A stretch of 64,000 nucleotides of DNA from Chthonomonadales bacterium (GCA_049967475.1 JBMFSQ010000002.1:1-64000); one strand, 5' to 3'. Positions 47,227 through 57,559 are shown, numbered from the stretch's first letter. The notes: generated by a model not told the origin, from the sequence alone. Translations and numbers: made by a program.

Positions 47227-48681
47227 TCACGCTGATCCGCATTGCCGCTTCCGCCGCCGCGTCTCCCCGGAGCGCTTGGCGCGAAGCCACCATCCGGCGA
47301 TCACAGCCCCGATCAGGCTGCTCTGGAAGGCGGACACGGGCACGGCGCCGGGGCCGGTGATCAACTCTGTGATCTGTGTAGACCAGCTCGAGGAACCGGA
47401 CGCCCACTCCTGGATCGTCCAGAAATGGGTGGGATCGAGGGGATCAATCGTTGTGGCGCTGTAGTCCCCCCACCGGTTGCTGCCGCTGCCGTCCAAGATC
47501 TGGTAGCTGGCAGTGCCCGACTTGAGCAGCAAGGGAGATCCGAACGTAGTCGTGGTGCCGTTGTAGGAACCCACGGATGCATAGCTGCTGATGAACTCTG
47601 ACGCTCCAGACCTGCTGTATCCGATCACCACGGTACCACTCGTGTTGACTGCTATGGAGCCGTAATAGTAATCGTGGTTGGGGTCTCCGATGATGCCGGT
47701 CTCTTCTACGGCGTCCGTAGCTGCGTTGATGCGGAACCACCGAAGTGCCGCCCTGCCGTTAGCCGTAACGCTTTGCACGCCCCAGATCTTGCCGTTCACT
47801 TTCACTACGCTGGAACTGAAGCGCGTGTCCCCCGTGTCTACGTTGTTGGGACCCCCGGGCTGAACGCCAAGAGGCGGTCCGTTGAAAGCCGCTACCGAGA
47901 TGAGGTGATCCGTGGTGTTGAGCGTATTGCCGGCTCCGGAGCCGGTGATCGTGGACTGTTTGAATGTCCCAGCCGGCGTGTTGTAGTCTGAATAGAGGTA
48001 CTCCGGCGTGCCTCCGCCGTCCAGATCATGCACGGGTTGAATACTGAAGCCCGTGGTGTTGGGATCCAGGTTGGTGAAGCTCACATTGGTGAGCGTGCCG
48101 CTCACGAGGCTGGCTTTGTCTACAGCGATCACGGTGGTGAGCGGCGAGGTGTTATCGAATTTGAACATATTCGCCGCCAGATACACGCCGGAACCGTTAA
48201 CGCCCAAGGTCGGGAAGTCTGCCCAGCGCGTGCTCAGCGGATCTGCAGCGATGGAGAATGCTTTCCAACCTGCCGTGGGATCGGAGCTGTTGGACACGGC
48301 CAGGAGGAAGCGGCTGCTTGCCGTGCCCGGATTGTCCGCCGCCGCTGCGAACCACCGTCCGCTCCCCGCATCATAGAGGACGCGCGGATCGAAAGACGAT
48401 GAGGACGACACCCCTGCATTGGTCCAAAATGCGTTGAGCGTAGTACTGGCCAAAACAGCCCCAGAGCGGCTGTACACGCGGTATCTGCCGTTGATGAATT
48501 CCACGAAGGCGTTAGGCCCGATGGCACCCATGGTGTCCGGCGGTATATACCCGCTGATGCCCACCGAACTGCCTGTGAAATTCGCGCCGATGATCACCTG
48601 CCCCAGCGCGGGGAGCTGAATCACAAATGCAGCGACCGCGGCGGCCATCCGCCACCAGAACGAGCTACCCTGCTCGGCCAT
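47227..48681 (-). CDS. Secreted beta-rich protein with a PEP-CTERM-like C-terminal anchor
   Basis: Signal peptide; PPDTMGAIGP, FDPRVLYD, DFPTLG, RWGDYS..DP.D..FW..EW; tail VPVSAFQ-hydrophobic-RAKR..RRRKR. ATG at 48681 with AGGAG. Confidence 0.78.
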   Translation of the reverse strand: MAEQGSSFWWRMAAAVAAFVIQLPALGQVIIGANFTGSSVGISGYIPPDTMGAIGPNAFVEFINGRYRVYSRSGAVLASTTLNAFWTNAGVSSSSSFDPRVLYDAGSGRWFAAAADNPGTASSRFLLAVSNSSDPTAGWKAFSIAADPLSTRWADFPTLGVNGSGVYLAANMFKFDNTSPLTTVIAVDKASLVSGTLTNVSFTNLDPNTTGFSIQPVHDLDGGGTPEYLYSDYNTPAGTFKQSTITGSGAGNTLNTTDHLISVAAFNGPPLGVQPGGPNNVDTGDTRFSSSVVKVNGKIWGVQSVTANGRAALRWFRINAATDAVEETGIIGDPNHDYYYGSIAVNTSGTVVIGYSRSGASEFISSYASVGSYNGTTTTFGSPLLLKSGTASYQILDGSGSNRWGDYSATTIDPLDPTHFWTIQEWASGSSSWSTQITELITGPGAVPVSAFQSSLIGAVIAGWWLRAKRSGETRRRKRQCGSA

Positions 48682-48694
48682 GGCGATCCTCCTG

Positions 48695-50659
48695 TTAGAA
48701 GCGCCCCGCCTCCAGATCGAAGAAGATGCGGTGGCTGAACGTGGAGTACGAGAAGACGAGTTCCCGTGCTCCCAACGTCCGGCCGATGCTGAGTTCGTAA
48801 TCCCGGTACTGCCCCGCCATGAAGCGTTGCAGAGACGAAGCCAAAGAGAGGTGCCACCGGGGTGCGAGTGTATAGGACACATTCGCCATGAGACTGGATG
48901 AGGTCGTGTCCAGCATCATGCTTCCCGACACCGCGGTGCTCCATCTGCCGGAACCCGTCGTGATGAGGCTCAAGCTTAACCGGTGATGCCCGTCTGTGGC
49001 CAGAAGCACCGGCCCTTGCGTGTAATCGTAGGCTAGCTGGAGGCTCGCGCCCGGCAATCTGCGGGATGCGGCCATGGAGGCGACGACCGAGGCGCCACCC
49101 CCGTGGTTTGCCCATACATTTCCAACCGTGAAGTTGCTCGTGAGGACGGTGTTTCGATCCAGCCGGAAGGGATTGCTGTAAATACGCGCGTGCACATCCT
49201 GCGATTGCATTCGAGTGCGGTAGGGCCCACTGTTCACCTGCTGCAACGCTGTCGTCGTTCCCACGGCGTAGAAATACCCTGTGGATCCCAAGCGTTTGGA
49301 GAGTGTTTCCAGATACAATTCTGTGTCATATCCTGAGGAAGGAAAACCGGCGAAGCTGCGGTTGCCCGAGATATTCAGGCCGGCATATACGGGGCCCATT
49401 TGCTTCGTAAGGTTCGCCGAACCATAAACGGACCGGTGCTGTGGAAAATCCAGGTAAAAAGAGCCGCGCGCATCCGTCGTGAATTCCTGGCTGTGCGTCC
49501 AGCGGAAGCCCCAATCGGACCGCGTGATGCCGGTGAAGCCAAACTGCCCGGTGTATCGGCCGGAGCCTCCCAACGAATTGTATCCTTGCAACAGATCAAG
49601 CGACCATCCCGGCCGCGTAGCATACACACTGCTTCCGTAGCGCTCTCCATGCCGAATGTAGAAGATGCCGGTGCTCGAGGGCGTCAGATCATAATAGAGC
49701 GGAACGTCCAAGCCGATGCCCTGCGTGCCCACCGTAAGGAACTGATCCGTAAACAGTTCATTGGACATCAGCGCCAGCGAGTAGAACGGCATACTCACGA
49801 GGTGCTGGCCATCCTGGTAGAAATGGGGCCGCTTGAACTGCAGCTTCTGACCCGGAAAAAGGAGCACCTGTTGCGCGGTGATGAGGAGCTTGGAATCCGC
49901 CAGGTCTGCCATCTCGAAGCGGGCAGGGGCGATGCCGTTGGGTTCCACCGTCATTTTGAGATCCGGCCCGGTGATCTTCACGGGGCGAAGGCGATCTCCC
50001 ATTTCAGCTACTGCGTACGCCTCACCGCCGATCATCTGCAGGAACAATTTGCCGCACCGCACGCGGTGGTTCCCTCGGCGCAGCACCGCATTCCCGGAAG
50101 CCCGCAGCACATTTAGATTGCAATCAATCTGGATGCGGTCTGCCAGCACCTCGAAGTTCCGGTAGGTAGCATGCGCGGGCCTCTTAGAACCAGAGCTCCC
50201 CTCCTTTGCCACGGCTTCGATGACGCGGTAGTCCGCGCTGTAAACGACACTCCCACCCTGAACGGCAGCAAAGAGGTTCCCCTGGAACGTCTCGCTGGGG
50301 TCATTGGTGAAGGTGATGTCCATGCTTTCCGCGCGGCCGACGACGGCTGCCGTTACCGTGGCAGTGCCCGTCTGTTGGCTGGAGAGGCGCACACGCGCTA
50401 CACCTGCCCGCGTCTGCGCAGCTCCTCCCCCTACAAACATGCCGCGCGTCGTGGTGAAGCTTACCACCGTGCCGTCGGGAACGTAACTGCCTGTGGCGTC
50501 GCGCACTTCGGCGATGATCTCGGTGGTGTCCCGCCCGTCGGCCAGAACCACCATCCTGCTGGCCGTTAGTTGGATCGTAGGGGTACCGGCCGAACCAGCC
50601 GCCACGCTCTCGGCAAAGAAAGCCATACACAACCATAGCCGGATCACGTGGTTACGCAT
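48695..50659 (-). CDS. Invasin/Big_1 Ig domain fused to an LptD-like jellyroll and beta-barrel
   Basis: Signal peptide; Ig domain (ADGRDTTEIIAEVRD..VPDGTVVSFTT); OstA-like ADRIQID..LRASGNAVL; LptD-like ITAQQVLLFPG..VSMPFY and GLDVPLYYDL; alternating beta-strands; C-terminal Phe. Confidence 0.7.
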   Translation of the reverse strand: MRNHVIRLWLCMAFFAESVAAGSAGTPTIQLTASRMVVLADGRDTTEIIAEVRDATGSYVPDGTVVSFTTTRGMFVGGGAAQTRAGVARVRLSSQQTGTATVTAAVVGRAESMDITFTNDPSETFQGNLFAAVQGGSVVYSADYRVIEAVAKEGSSGSKRPAHATYRNFEVLADRIQIDCNLNVLRASGNAVLRRGNHRVRCGKLFLQMIGGEAYAVAEMGDRLRPVKITGPDLKMTVEPNGIAPARFEMADLADSKLLITAQQVLLFPGQKLQFKRPHFYQDGQHLVSMPFYSLALMSNELFTDQFLTVGTQGIGLDVPLYYDLTPSSTGIFYIRHGERYGSSVYATRPGWSLDLLQGYNSLGGSGRYTGQFGFTGITRSDWGFRWTHSQEFTTDARGSFYLDFPQHRSVYGSANLTKQMGPVYAGLNISGNRSFAGFPSSGYDTELYLETLSKRLGSTGYFYAVGTTTALQQVNSGPYRTRMQSQDVHARIYSNPFRLDRNTVLTSNFTVGNVWANHGGGASVVASMAASRRLPGASLQLAYDYTQGPVLLATDGHHRLSLSLITTGSGRWSTAVSGSMMLDTTSSSLMANVSYTLAPRWHLSLASSLQRFMAGQYRDYELSIGRTLGARELVFSYSTFSHRIFFDLEAGRF

Positions 50660-50770
50660 TGCACGGACCGTTCACATGAGGGATAGGTTACACGCTTGAT
50701 GCAAAGGCATCGCGTCGTGCTGAACTCCTTCGCCGAACGGATCTTGCCGCACCGACCTTCGCGAAGGGGA

Positions 50771-51505
50771 TCAGTTGCCGCTGGAGAGGCCGATGCCCAG
50801 GCCCAGGCCGATCGCCACAACACCCCAGAGCCAATTGCTGCTCCGATGGTGCCCTCCCTTTCCACCGGGCTTTTCCTTCACCCCCGCAGCGGGCTGGGCA
50901 GTAGACACGAGCGGTTCGATTTTCGCCATGAGCTGTTCGCCGGCCGTTCGCCCCGCCTCCAACGCCCGCTCAGGTTCCTTGGCCGTGCCTCCTTTGGCAC
51001 TGGAAGCGCTCAATGTGATGCTCTTAAGGATCTTGCCCGTGGCGGCATCCAGCAAACGCCCGCTTATGGTAACTGTGGCCTGGTGGGCGTCGGCATCGTA
51101 CGAATAATCATCAACGGACCCCACGAAGGCCAGGTCATAGCCGGCCAGCTTTGCAATCTTAATCGGCTTGGCATTCTCCTCCGAGAAGGGAGGCGTCACA
51201 TCGGCATCGGTAAGATCCTGATCATTGTGCAGGCGTGCCACGGTAGGCAATCCGCGGTAGTAGGCGTACACCACATATTTGTTGGTTGCCAAAAAGCGCG
51301 ACCTAGCTACGTCCGTAAGCAGCGACGAAAGCTCTGATGCGTCCGGCACTGCTGCCGAGCTCGAGACGTCAAAAGGAAACACCAGGACCGATCGCTTTGG
51401 CGCCTGAGCTGCCGCATTAGCCTGGGCCGATGCTTTCACGCTCGATGCCGCGCCGAAGGCCATCGCGAGGGCAACTACGAATGCCGTTCTCCACAATGTG
51501 CGCAT
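50771..51505 (-). CDS. Secreted CsgG/TolB-N/FlgT-fold protein with C-terminal hydrophobic tail
   Basis: Signal peptide (ASA); SVLVFPFD, AKLAGYDLAFVGSV, VTISGRLLDAATGKIL; tail HHRSSNWLWGVVAIGLGLGIGLSSGN. Confidence 0.65.
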   Translation of the reverse strand: MRTLWRTAFVVALAMAFGAASSVKASAQANAAAQAPKRSVLVFPFDVSSSAAVPDASELSSLLTDVARSRFLATNKYVVYAYYRGLPTVARLHNDQDLTDADVTPPFSEENAKPIKIAKLAGYDLAFVGSVDDYSYDADAHQATVTISGRLLDAATGKILKSITLSASSAKGGTAKEPERALEAGRTAGEQLMAKIEPLVSTAQPAAGVKEKPGGKGGHHRSSNWLWGVVAIGLGLGIGLSSGN

Positions 51506-51532
51506 GATCCCTCAATATCCTCCCTATATCCT

Positions 51533-51574
51533 GAGGGCGCGGGTTCTGGGCCACGACAGCGCCCCCGCGCCCTC
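51533..51574 (-). other. Intergenic stem-loop (11-bp perfect stem, 20-nt loop, no U-tract)
   Basis: gagggcgcggg (51533-51543) / cccgcgccctc (51564-51574), 6 nt after the stop at 51581. Confidence 0.6.
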
Positions 51575-51580
51575 CATCTC

Positions 51581-54322
51581 CTACCGCGTCACCAGGTGCG
51601 GCACGACCACTCGAGCCTGGGATCCGTCAGAGGCCGTCGCCTTCACTTCCACCAAGTACGTTCCGGCGGGTACCGCAATCCCTTTGGCGTCCCGCAGGTC
51701 CCACGTAACCTGGGTCTGCCCGGCGCCCGATGCGCGGCTGAGCAGATTGCGCACTGTAGTTCCTGTAGCACCCAGAATGCGCACCTGCACCGTAGCATCC
51801 TGTGTCGTACCGAAGGCGATCGTGGCCGCATTCCCTCCACGATGAGACACCACAGTGAGCCCTGTGATGCGTAGCGCTCCGGTGCCTCGCGGCTCTGCGG
51901 TAATCTGGAATGCCCGCGACGTCCCGCTGCCCAGGTTCACGTGCATCGAGGAGGTTTGGCGCATGGAGCGGCGCTCCCCTGTGGCCGCATCCGTTATAAA
52001 CAGCTCGTAGGACCGCGGCACGGCTGCGATACCGGGCCAGCTCACGGTGATATCCGCTCCAGGCTTCGGCGCAGTCACCACGAGGGTCCAAGTCTTGCGC
52101 GTCATCGAGGCAGACCGGATATCCTGAGCCAGGCTCACCGCACGTGACGTTCCCGATCCGTTACGCACCAGCGCCGCGCTCAACTTCCCTTGCACCGCAG
52201 GCGGTTTGGGGTAATCCATTGCGTTCAAACCGTCCGACGCTCCCGAAGCTACCCCGATCGTGTTCCACCGGTCCACGGCACCATTCCCCGAAGCGACGAT
52301 CTGCAGCGTCCACCCTGCAGCAGCGGCGCTCCGCGATTTCGCCGGAGACACTGCCACAGACCGAGCTTGCGCCGGCTTGGTTATCAGCAACGAAATGCGC
52401 GGCTTGTAGGCGAAGATCCAATAGCTCGCAAAAGGCGCCAACCCCTTGCTGAAATCCAGGTCCGGGACGTACTGCTGCTGTTGGGGATCGTAGGTCCAAA
52501 GCACCTGGGAGAGCCACTGGTGGTTGACGTCTGCCGCTTGGGCAACCGTCAGCGGCTTGAGAAAGTCCGGATCGGACGGATCGGAATTCACCACGGCCAC
52601 GTTGGAGGAATAGGCCTTGATGAGGTACGGGTTGCCGATGAGGTTCCACCCCTGGTTGAGCTTGAGCTCCGTCTGGCCCGCCGTCACCGGGTGGGAATTC
52701 TGCAGAGAGATGGTCCTGCCGCTGGCGAGGTTCAGCCAATATCCCACTCCGGGCTGGATCAGCGGAACCGCAGCATAGCTACCCATCTGACCATCCCAGC
52801 TCAGCAAAGCGAAGTCCGTGTCCGGCAGCCCCAAGGCGCTCGTGGGGGTCGGGTCATCGAAGGTGTATGGGAACGACACCATCTGCAGCCCGCCCGGCAG
52901 TGTCTGAACCGGTAATGCCGGAACAAGAATCTGCCGTGCCACCACCTTGCCCAATGAGCCTGGGGATGCCGAAAAGGCAACCGAATAGGTGAGCGTCCCG
53001 GAGGCTGTCCCGTCCGGCACGACGTCCCAGGAGAAACTAGCCTCCTGACCGGGCGCCACCGTGCCCGCCGTCTTCTTAGCCGTGTCGCCGGCCTTCAACA
53101 CGAGCCCGGGGGGCAAGCTCAACACGGCCGACACGCTGGAAAGCGCCAACGAAGCTTGGTTCTGCACAAACGCCGTCACTTTGAACGGATTGGGAGTTAG
53201 CTGCTGCCCCGGCGCTGCCGACGGATTGTAATCGAGCGTCAGGGGGCCATCTACCCCTGCTGCCATGGGGAACTCAAAGTCAATGTCTCCATGATTGCGG
53301 CCGAAGTACATCACGAAGGTTTTGGCCTCGCCCGGCAGAAATTGCCTTGGGTTGAAATACACAGCGGCCGCCGTAACCACGGAGTTTGGCTGCGAGAAGT
53401 CATAGTTCGGCAACGGCGCAGGGATCTTCTCCCACAGGTCATTCTGGGCGATATCATCGGCAATCGTATTCCCGTACCCAATCACCCAGCGGTCGGGAGC
53501 AATGAAGCCTACTCCTCGATTGAGGGGTATGTTGACGGCACCTACCGAGTTATTGTTGTTGGGCTTCACCTGGCGCCAGCCTGCCGGCACATTGGGACCC
53601 GACACATCGAAATCGGTACTCACGGCACGCCCGTCCGACAGAAACACAGGTCCCCAGGCAAACGCGTTGGGATCCTGCCCTGGAAGTTGGTAGCTGTGCG
53701 CCCAGCGGATACCCACGGTATGCATGCGCGTATCCAGGTTCGTTACCGTGAGCTTCAATCGAAGCATGTCGTGGATCAGCGCCATCTCAGAATCCACGCG
53801 AATGCGGGGGATCGGATTGGTAGCCACGCCTCCAGGGAGCGTCTCCCATTGAGCGATCATCTTGTCTCCGTTGAGAAACGGAGGCCGCGTCCAGTCACTT
53901 TCATCCGTCTTGCCGAACACCCCTTTGTCCCCGAAGATGAGGTCCCAGCCCCCGCGCGTACCGCTGGTGTCCACGCCGCCGGTGGGAAGCTTCGGCCAGC
54001 CGCCGTCTATCCGAACCGTAACGTAGCTCCCCATCGTATTGATGCCCACGTCGGTCTTGTAAGGGGGAAGCAGCAGATAGTCCGGTACGACACCGCCCGT
54101 CGCACCCGTGGCTGTCAGGTCAATGAGAATGATACGGCCAGCGATGTTCTCACCGTTAAGCTGATCTTTCCAGCCCATGGTCGCCTGGAGGTAGTTGTTC
54201 TCCAACGGCGGAGCTCCCCACGTCTGCGCACTTGCCGGCGCAACGACCGCTCCAGCCAGAACGACTACGATCCCAGGCAGACACCGGCGCAACCAATCAG
54301 CAGCCAGTCTCTTCCACCACAT
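51581..54322 (-). CDS. Large secreted protein with NEW3-like Ig domain and the shared C-terminal module ending in an FlgD-Ig-like domain
   Basis: ATG 54322 with GGGAGGA RBS, signal peptide (APASA-Q); NPFKVTAFVQN..LSLPPGL..GTVAPGQEASFSWDV; GWNLIGNP; PKPP; VTWDLRDAKGIAVPAGTY. Confidence 0.8.
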   Translation of the reverse strand: MWWKRLAADWLRRCLPGIVVVLAGAVVAPASAQTWGAPPLENNYLQATMGWKDQLNGENIAGRIILIDLTATGATGGVVPDYLLLPPYKTDVGINTMGSYVTVRIDGGWPKLPTGGVDTSGTRGGWDLIFGDKGVFGKTDESDWTRPPFLNGDKMIAQWETLPGGVATNPIPRIRVDSEMALIHDMLRLKLTVTNLDTRMHTVGIRWAHSYQLPGQDPNAFAWGPVFLSDGRAVSTDFDVSGPNVPAGWRQVKPNNNNSVGAVNIPLNRGVGFIAPDRWVIGYGNTIADDIAQNDLWEKIPAPLPNYDFSQPNSVVTAAAVYFNPRQFLPGEAKTFVMYFGRNHGDIDFEFPMAAGVDGPLTLDYNPSAAPGQQLTPNPFKVTAFVQNQASLALSSVSAVLSLPPGLVLKAGDTAKKTAGTVAPGQEASFSWDVVPDGTASGTLTYSVAFSASPGSLGKVVARQILVPALPVQTLPGGLQMVSFPYTFDDPTPTSALGLPDTDFALLSWDGQMGSYAAVPLIQPGVGYWLNLASGRTISLQNSHPVTAGQTELKLNQGWNLIGNPYLIKAYSSNVAVVNSDPSDPDFLKPLTVAQAADVNHQWLSQVLWTYDPQQQQYVPDLDFSKGLAPFASYWIFAYKPRISLLITKPAQARSVAVSPAKSRSAAAAGWTLQIVASGNGAVDRWNTIGVASGASDGLNAMDYPKPPAVQGKLSAALVRNGSGTSRAVSLAQDIRSASMTRKTWTLVVTAPKPGADITVSWPGIAAVPRSYELFITDAATGERRSMRQTSSMHVNLGSGTSRAFQITAEPRGTGALRITGLTVVSHRGGNAATIAFGTTQDATVQVRILGATGTTVRNLLSRASGAGQTQVTWDLRDAKGIAVPAGTYLVEVKATASDGSQARVVVPHLVTR

Positions 54323-54481
54323 TACTCGCTTCCTCCCTGTTGTTCCACGGGGCGAACAGCTCAATGTTCGTGCCATATCCGCCATAGTGCCCATCTCACT
54401 CTCATGCAGCCGGCTCCGCAAGATCGGCAACCCTTCCTGTGTCGAAGCCGGTGCACACCAACCAGACCGCCGCCTCGACCC

Positions 54482-57400
54482 CTAGCGCAATACCGCGAAG
54501 GGCTGGATCGCCCGGATGGCGTCGCCGTCAGGACCGACCGCCCGAACCTGAATGATGTACGTTCCCGCAGGCACACTTCGACCGGCGCTGTCCTTGCCGT
54601 TCCAGATCAGATGGACGTCCCCGGCTCCAGCCGCGCGGGACGCGATCGTGCCCAGAGACTGCCCGGTGGCGCTCAGTATCTTCACTTCGTACGTAGCATC
54701 TCCCGACAGAGTAAACCCTATGGCGGTTACGCCCGATGCCCTGCCGCCTGCCGGCCGAACCGTTAAATTGCTGATGCGCACCACCGAACCGCTTGCGGGC
54801 TGGGCCGTGATCACGAAGCGCCGGGACACCGCAGCATCGCCGGAATTGAACGTCACCGATGCCCGCGTCCGCATATCCACCGTTTCGCCAGTCGCCTCAT
54901 CCTTGAGCAGCAATTTGACGTTCCTCGGGACACGATACCCGCCATCCCAGCTTAAGGTGACTGCAGTGTTCTTTTGATCCGTAGACACTGCAATCTCCCA
55001 TGACTGAACGCCGGCCCGGGGCCGCAAGTCCTGCGCATACACTCCAGAGCGCCCACCCCAGTCGGTGTGTACGATGCCCAAGGACACGTAGGGCGCCACC
55101 ATAGGCGGCTTGGGAACCTTGGTAAGGTCGTAGCCTGCAGCAGCCCGCGACGACGTCCCGATAAAGTTATAGGTGTCCCTCAGTCCATTCGCTGTTGCAG
55201 ACAGCCTGAGCGTCCAGCCATCGGTTGTGACTGCCGCCCGATTGGACACCGTCGCCGCCCGCGTGAGCTGCGCCGGCGGTATCACCAGCGCGATATCCGC
55301 CTTACTCGTAACCCCTATCCAATGCCCGCTCCATGCATTGATCACACCGCCCGGCAAGGTGCCGAACGTGTATCCGTTCACCCCGTCGTACGAGTAAATG
55401 TTGGGCAGCAGGTATCCCTTCTCCACGGCCGTGCCGATGCCGAGGCGGCCCTCGGGAGTGTCCACCAACACCGAAGCGAAGGGAACGTCAAATGGGAAGG
55501 GGTCGCCGATCATATTCCAACTGACAAAGCGCGCATCGCCGGATCCGTTGCCCTTCAACGAAATCACGAAGGGTTTGTCCATCACCGGTGTGCCTTTGGT
55601 TAGGATCGGCTTCGTCGTGTCCGAAATACTCCAGTATCCTATGCCGAGCGGAGCCCGCGACGAATTATCCCCGTCCTGGTGCACCTGTACATCCGGCGGA
55701 TTGAAGGATGCGCCGGGATCCTGAGTTCCCCCTGCAGTATAGAAAACGTACTTGTTCTGGTCCGGAACCCAGCGGGCGAGCGTGAAGCCCGTTCCGAAAT
55801 AATACTCCGGCGTCACACCCGCCTGGAAGTAAGGTATGGAAACCAGCGACCGGCCCTGGAGAACTTGGTGCGGGTCCACATTGATAAATTGTGTTACGGT
55901 AGCTGTGCGCGGGGGCGGACCCGGGTTCACTCCAGACGCCACCAACTTGTGCACGCCCGGCGCCAAATCGTGGGAGATCACCACATCGTAACGCGTAGGG
56001 ATTACGTTGCCGTTCTGATCCGTAATGGTAGAAATCACGTTTGTGATTGTGTAATCCGTTACCGGGTTCCCGTCCAGCGTGATGGTTAGGTTCGCCGGGG
56101 TAATCTGCCGGATCTGCAGCCGGATGTTCGGATGGAGCGTCTCTACCGGATTGTTGAGGCCCCCGATGGCTCCCGTGTCCAGCACGGTTATGGAGACTGC
56201 CACCCGCAGGAGCGCCTGGTAGGCATCAATGACGCCATAGCCGTATTGATCGTTGGGCACCTGCAGTCCCAATGTGTCGGCCGTGGCGATCAACGCCGGC
56301 TTGATGTCGCTGGGCAAGACGCCTGGTACGGAAAGCATCAGCGCCACCACTCCAGCGGCTGCGGGCGCTGCCATAGACGTACCTTGCTCCGTACCGTACG
56401 ACCCGTTGGCCACCGGAAGCGTACTAAGGATCTGCGCCTTTGGGTTGGAGAACGAGGGGTCGTCGCCTCCAGGCGCCGTAATCGTCGTGTAGAACAGAGC
56501 GCTGGAGTAGAAGGCATGTTCCTTGTTCGGGCCGCAAGAGGCAACACACAGAATATTGTCGCTCAACTGGGCCAACAATGCCGGCCAGATGGGCGGGTTC
56601 CCCGTGTCGAACGAGTTGCCGGCCGAGATCGTGAAGATGATACCCTTGGCTGCCATTGCCAAGATCAGCGACGTCGCCGGATCGGTTGGATCCGGAACAG
56701 CAGTCGGGCGTTCCCCTCCCAGGGACATGTTCACGACCTGTACGTTGTTCTTGTCCGCAAACTGAAGGGCCGCAATCAAACCGGTATCAGTAATGGAGGC
56801 GTCGCCGGCCTTGATGGGCAGCACCATCACGTTCTGCCAGGTTACACCCGCGACGCCCACATTGTTGTTTGTCGCCGCTGCGATGATGCCGATGACGTGG
56901 GTTCCATGAGGAACCGGATCCGTAAGGTCATTGGGGTTCCCGCCAGGGGTTGTGTTTATGCCCGGCAAGAGCCTTCCCTGCAGATCCGGGTGGTTCACGT
57001 CCACACCCGAGTCGATGACCGCAACGGTTACTTTCGAGGAACCCTTCTCAATGTCCCACGCCTTGGGCATGTTCATCAACGGCAGGTGCCACTGCTCAGG
57101 ATAGCGCGGATCGTTGGGGATCGAATCCAGGAGATAGGAGAGGTGGTTCACGCCGGCATAAACTACCCGCGGATCCTGCTTCAACGTGTTGACGGCGTTG
57201 AGCGTGTCGGCATCTGGAACGGCGTTGCCGGCGATGCGCAGCCAATACGTGTCACGCGACCCCGCAGCGTCCAAGGCGCCGAAGGATTTCACCACCGTAG
57301 CGTTGACGGACTTGGCAATGTCGGCCACCGTCGCCGGAGCAGTCCCATGCGCAACGGACACCAACAGTTCCCCGGCGACGAACGCACGCTTCGGCCCCCC

Positions 57401-57490
57401 GCCATCCCCGGATGCTGGTCCCCCGCAGATGGCGATGACCACCATCGCTGCTAGCCCCCACGCCGCCACGGCCCGCAACGTTTTGCTCAT
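54482..57490 (-). CDS. S8 (subtilisin-like) serine peptidase with the shared C-terminal module and FlgD-Ig-like domain
   Basis: Signal peptide, prodomain (FVAGELLV), PNDPRYPEQW, catalytic VAVIDSG / HGTHVIG / GTSMAAP, oxyanion SAGN, YGYGVIDA; C-terminal IWNGKDSAGRSVPAGTY. Confidence 0.92.
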   Translation of the reverse strand: MSKTLRAVAAWGLAAMVVIAICGGPASGDGGGPKRAFVAGELLVSVAHGTAPATVADIAKSVNATVVKSFGALDAAGSRDTYWLRIAGNAVPDADTLNAVNTLKQDPRVVYAGVNHLSYLLDSIPNDPRYPEQWHLPLMNMPKAWDIEKGSSKVTVAVIDSGVDVNHPDLQGRLLPGINTTPGGNPNDLTDPVPHGTHVIGIIAAATNNNVGVAGVTWQNVMVLPIKAGDASITDTGLIAALQFADKNNVQVVNMSLGGERPTAVPDPTDPATSLILAMAAKGIIFTISAGNSFDTGNPPIWPALLAQLSDNILCVASCGPNKEHAFYSSALFYTTITAPGGDDPSFSNPKAQILSTLPVANGSYGTEQGTSMAAPAAAGVVALMLSVPGVLPSDIKPALIATADTLGLQVPNDQYGYGVIDAYQALLRVAVSITVLDTGAIGGLNNPVETLHPNIRLQIRQITPANLTITLDGNPVTDYTITNVISTITDQNGNVIPTRYDVVISHDLAPGVHKLVASGVNPGPPPRTATVTQFINVDPHQVLQGRSLVSIPYFQAGVTPEYYFGTGFTLARWVPDQNKYVFYTAGGTQDPGASFNPPDVQVHQDGDNSSRAPLGIGYWSISDTTKPILTKGTPVMDKPFVISLKGNGSGDARFVSWNMIGDPFPFDVPFASVLVDTPEGRLGIGTAVEKGYLLPNIYSYDGVNGYTFGTLPGGVINAWSGHWIGVTSKADIALVIPPAQLTRAATVSNRAAVTTDGWTLRLSATANGLRDTYNFIGTSSRAAAGYDLTKVPKPPMVAPYVSLGIVHTDWGGRSGVYAQDLRPRAGVQSWEIAVSTDQKNTAVTLSWDGGYRVPRNVKLLLKDEATGETVDMRTRASVTFNSGDAAVSRRFVITAQPASGSVVRISNLTVRPAGGRASGVTAIGFTLSGDATYEVKILSATGQSLGTIASRAAGAGDVHLIWNGKDSAGRSVPAGTYIIQVRAVGPDGDAIRAIQPFAVLR

Positions 57491-57559
57491 CGTTTCGCTC
57501 CTCTTCCTATGTTCCTGAAAGGATCCCCTGCTCCATAACCTAGGGCAACCACCGCCCAA

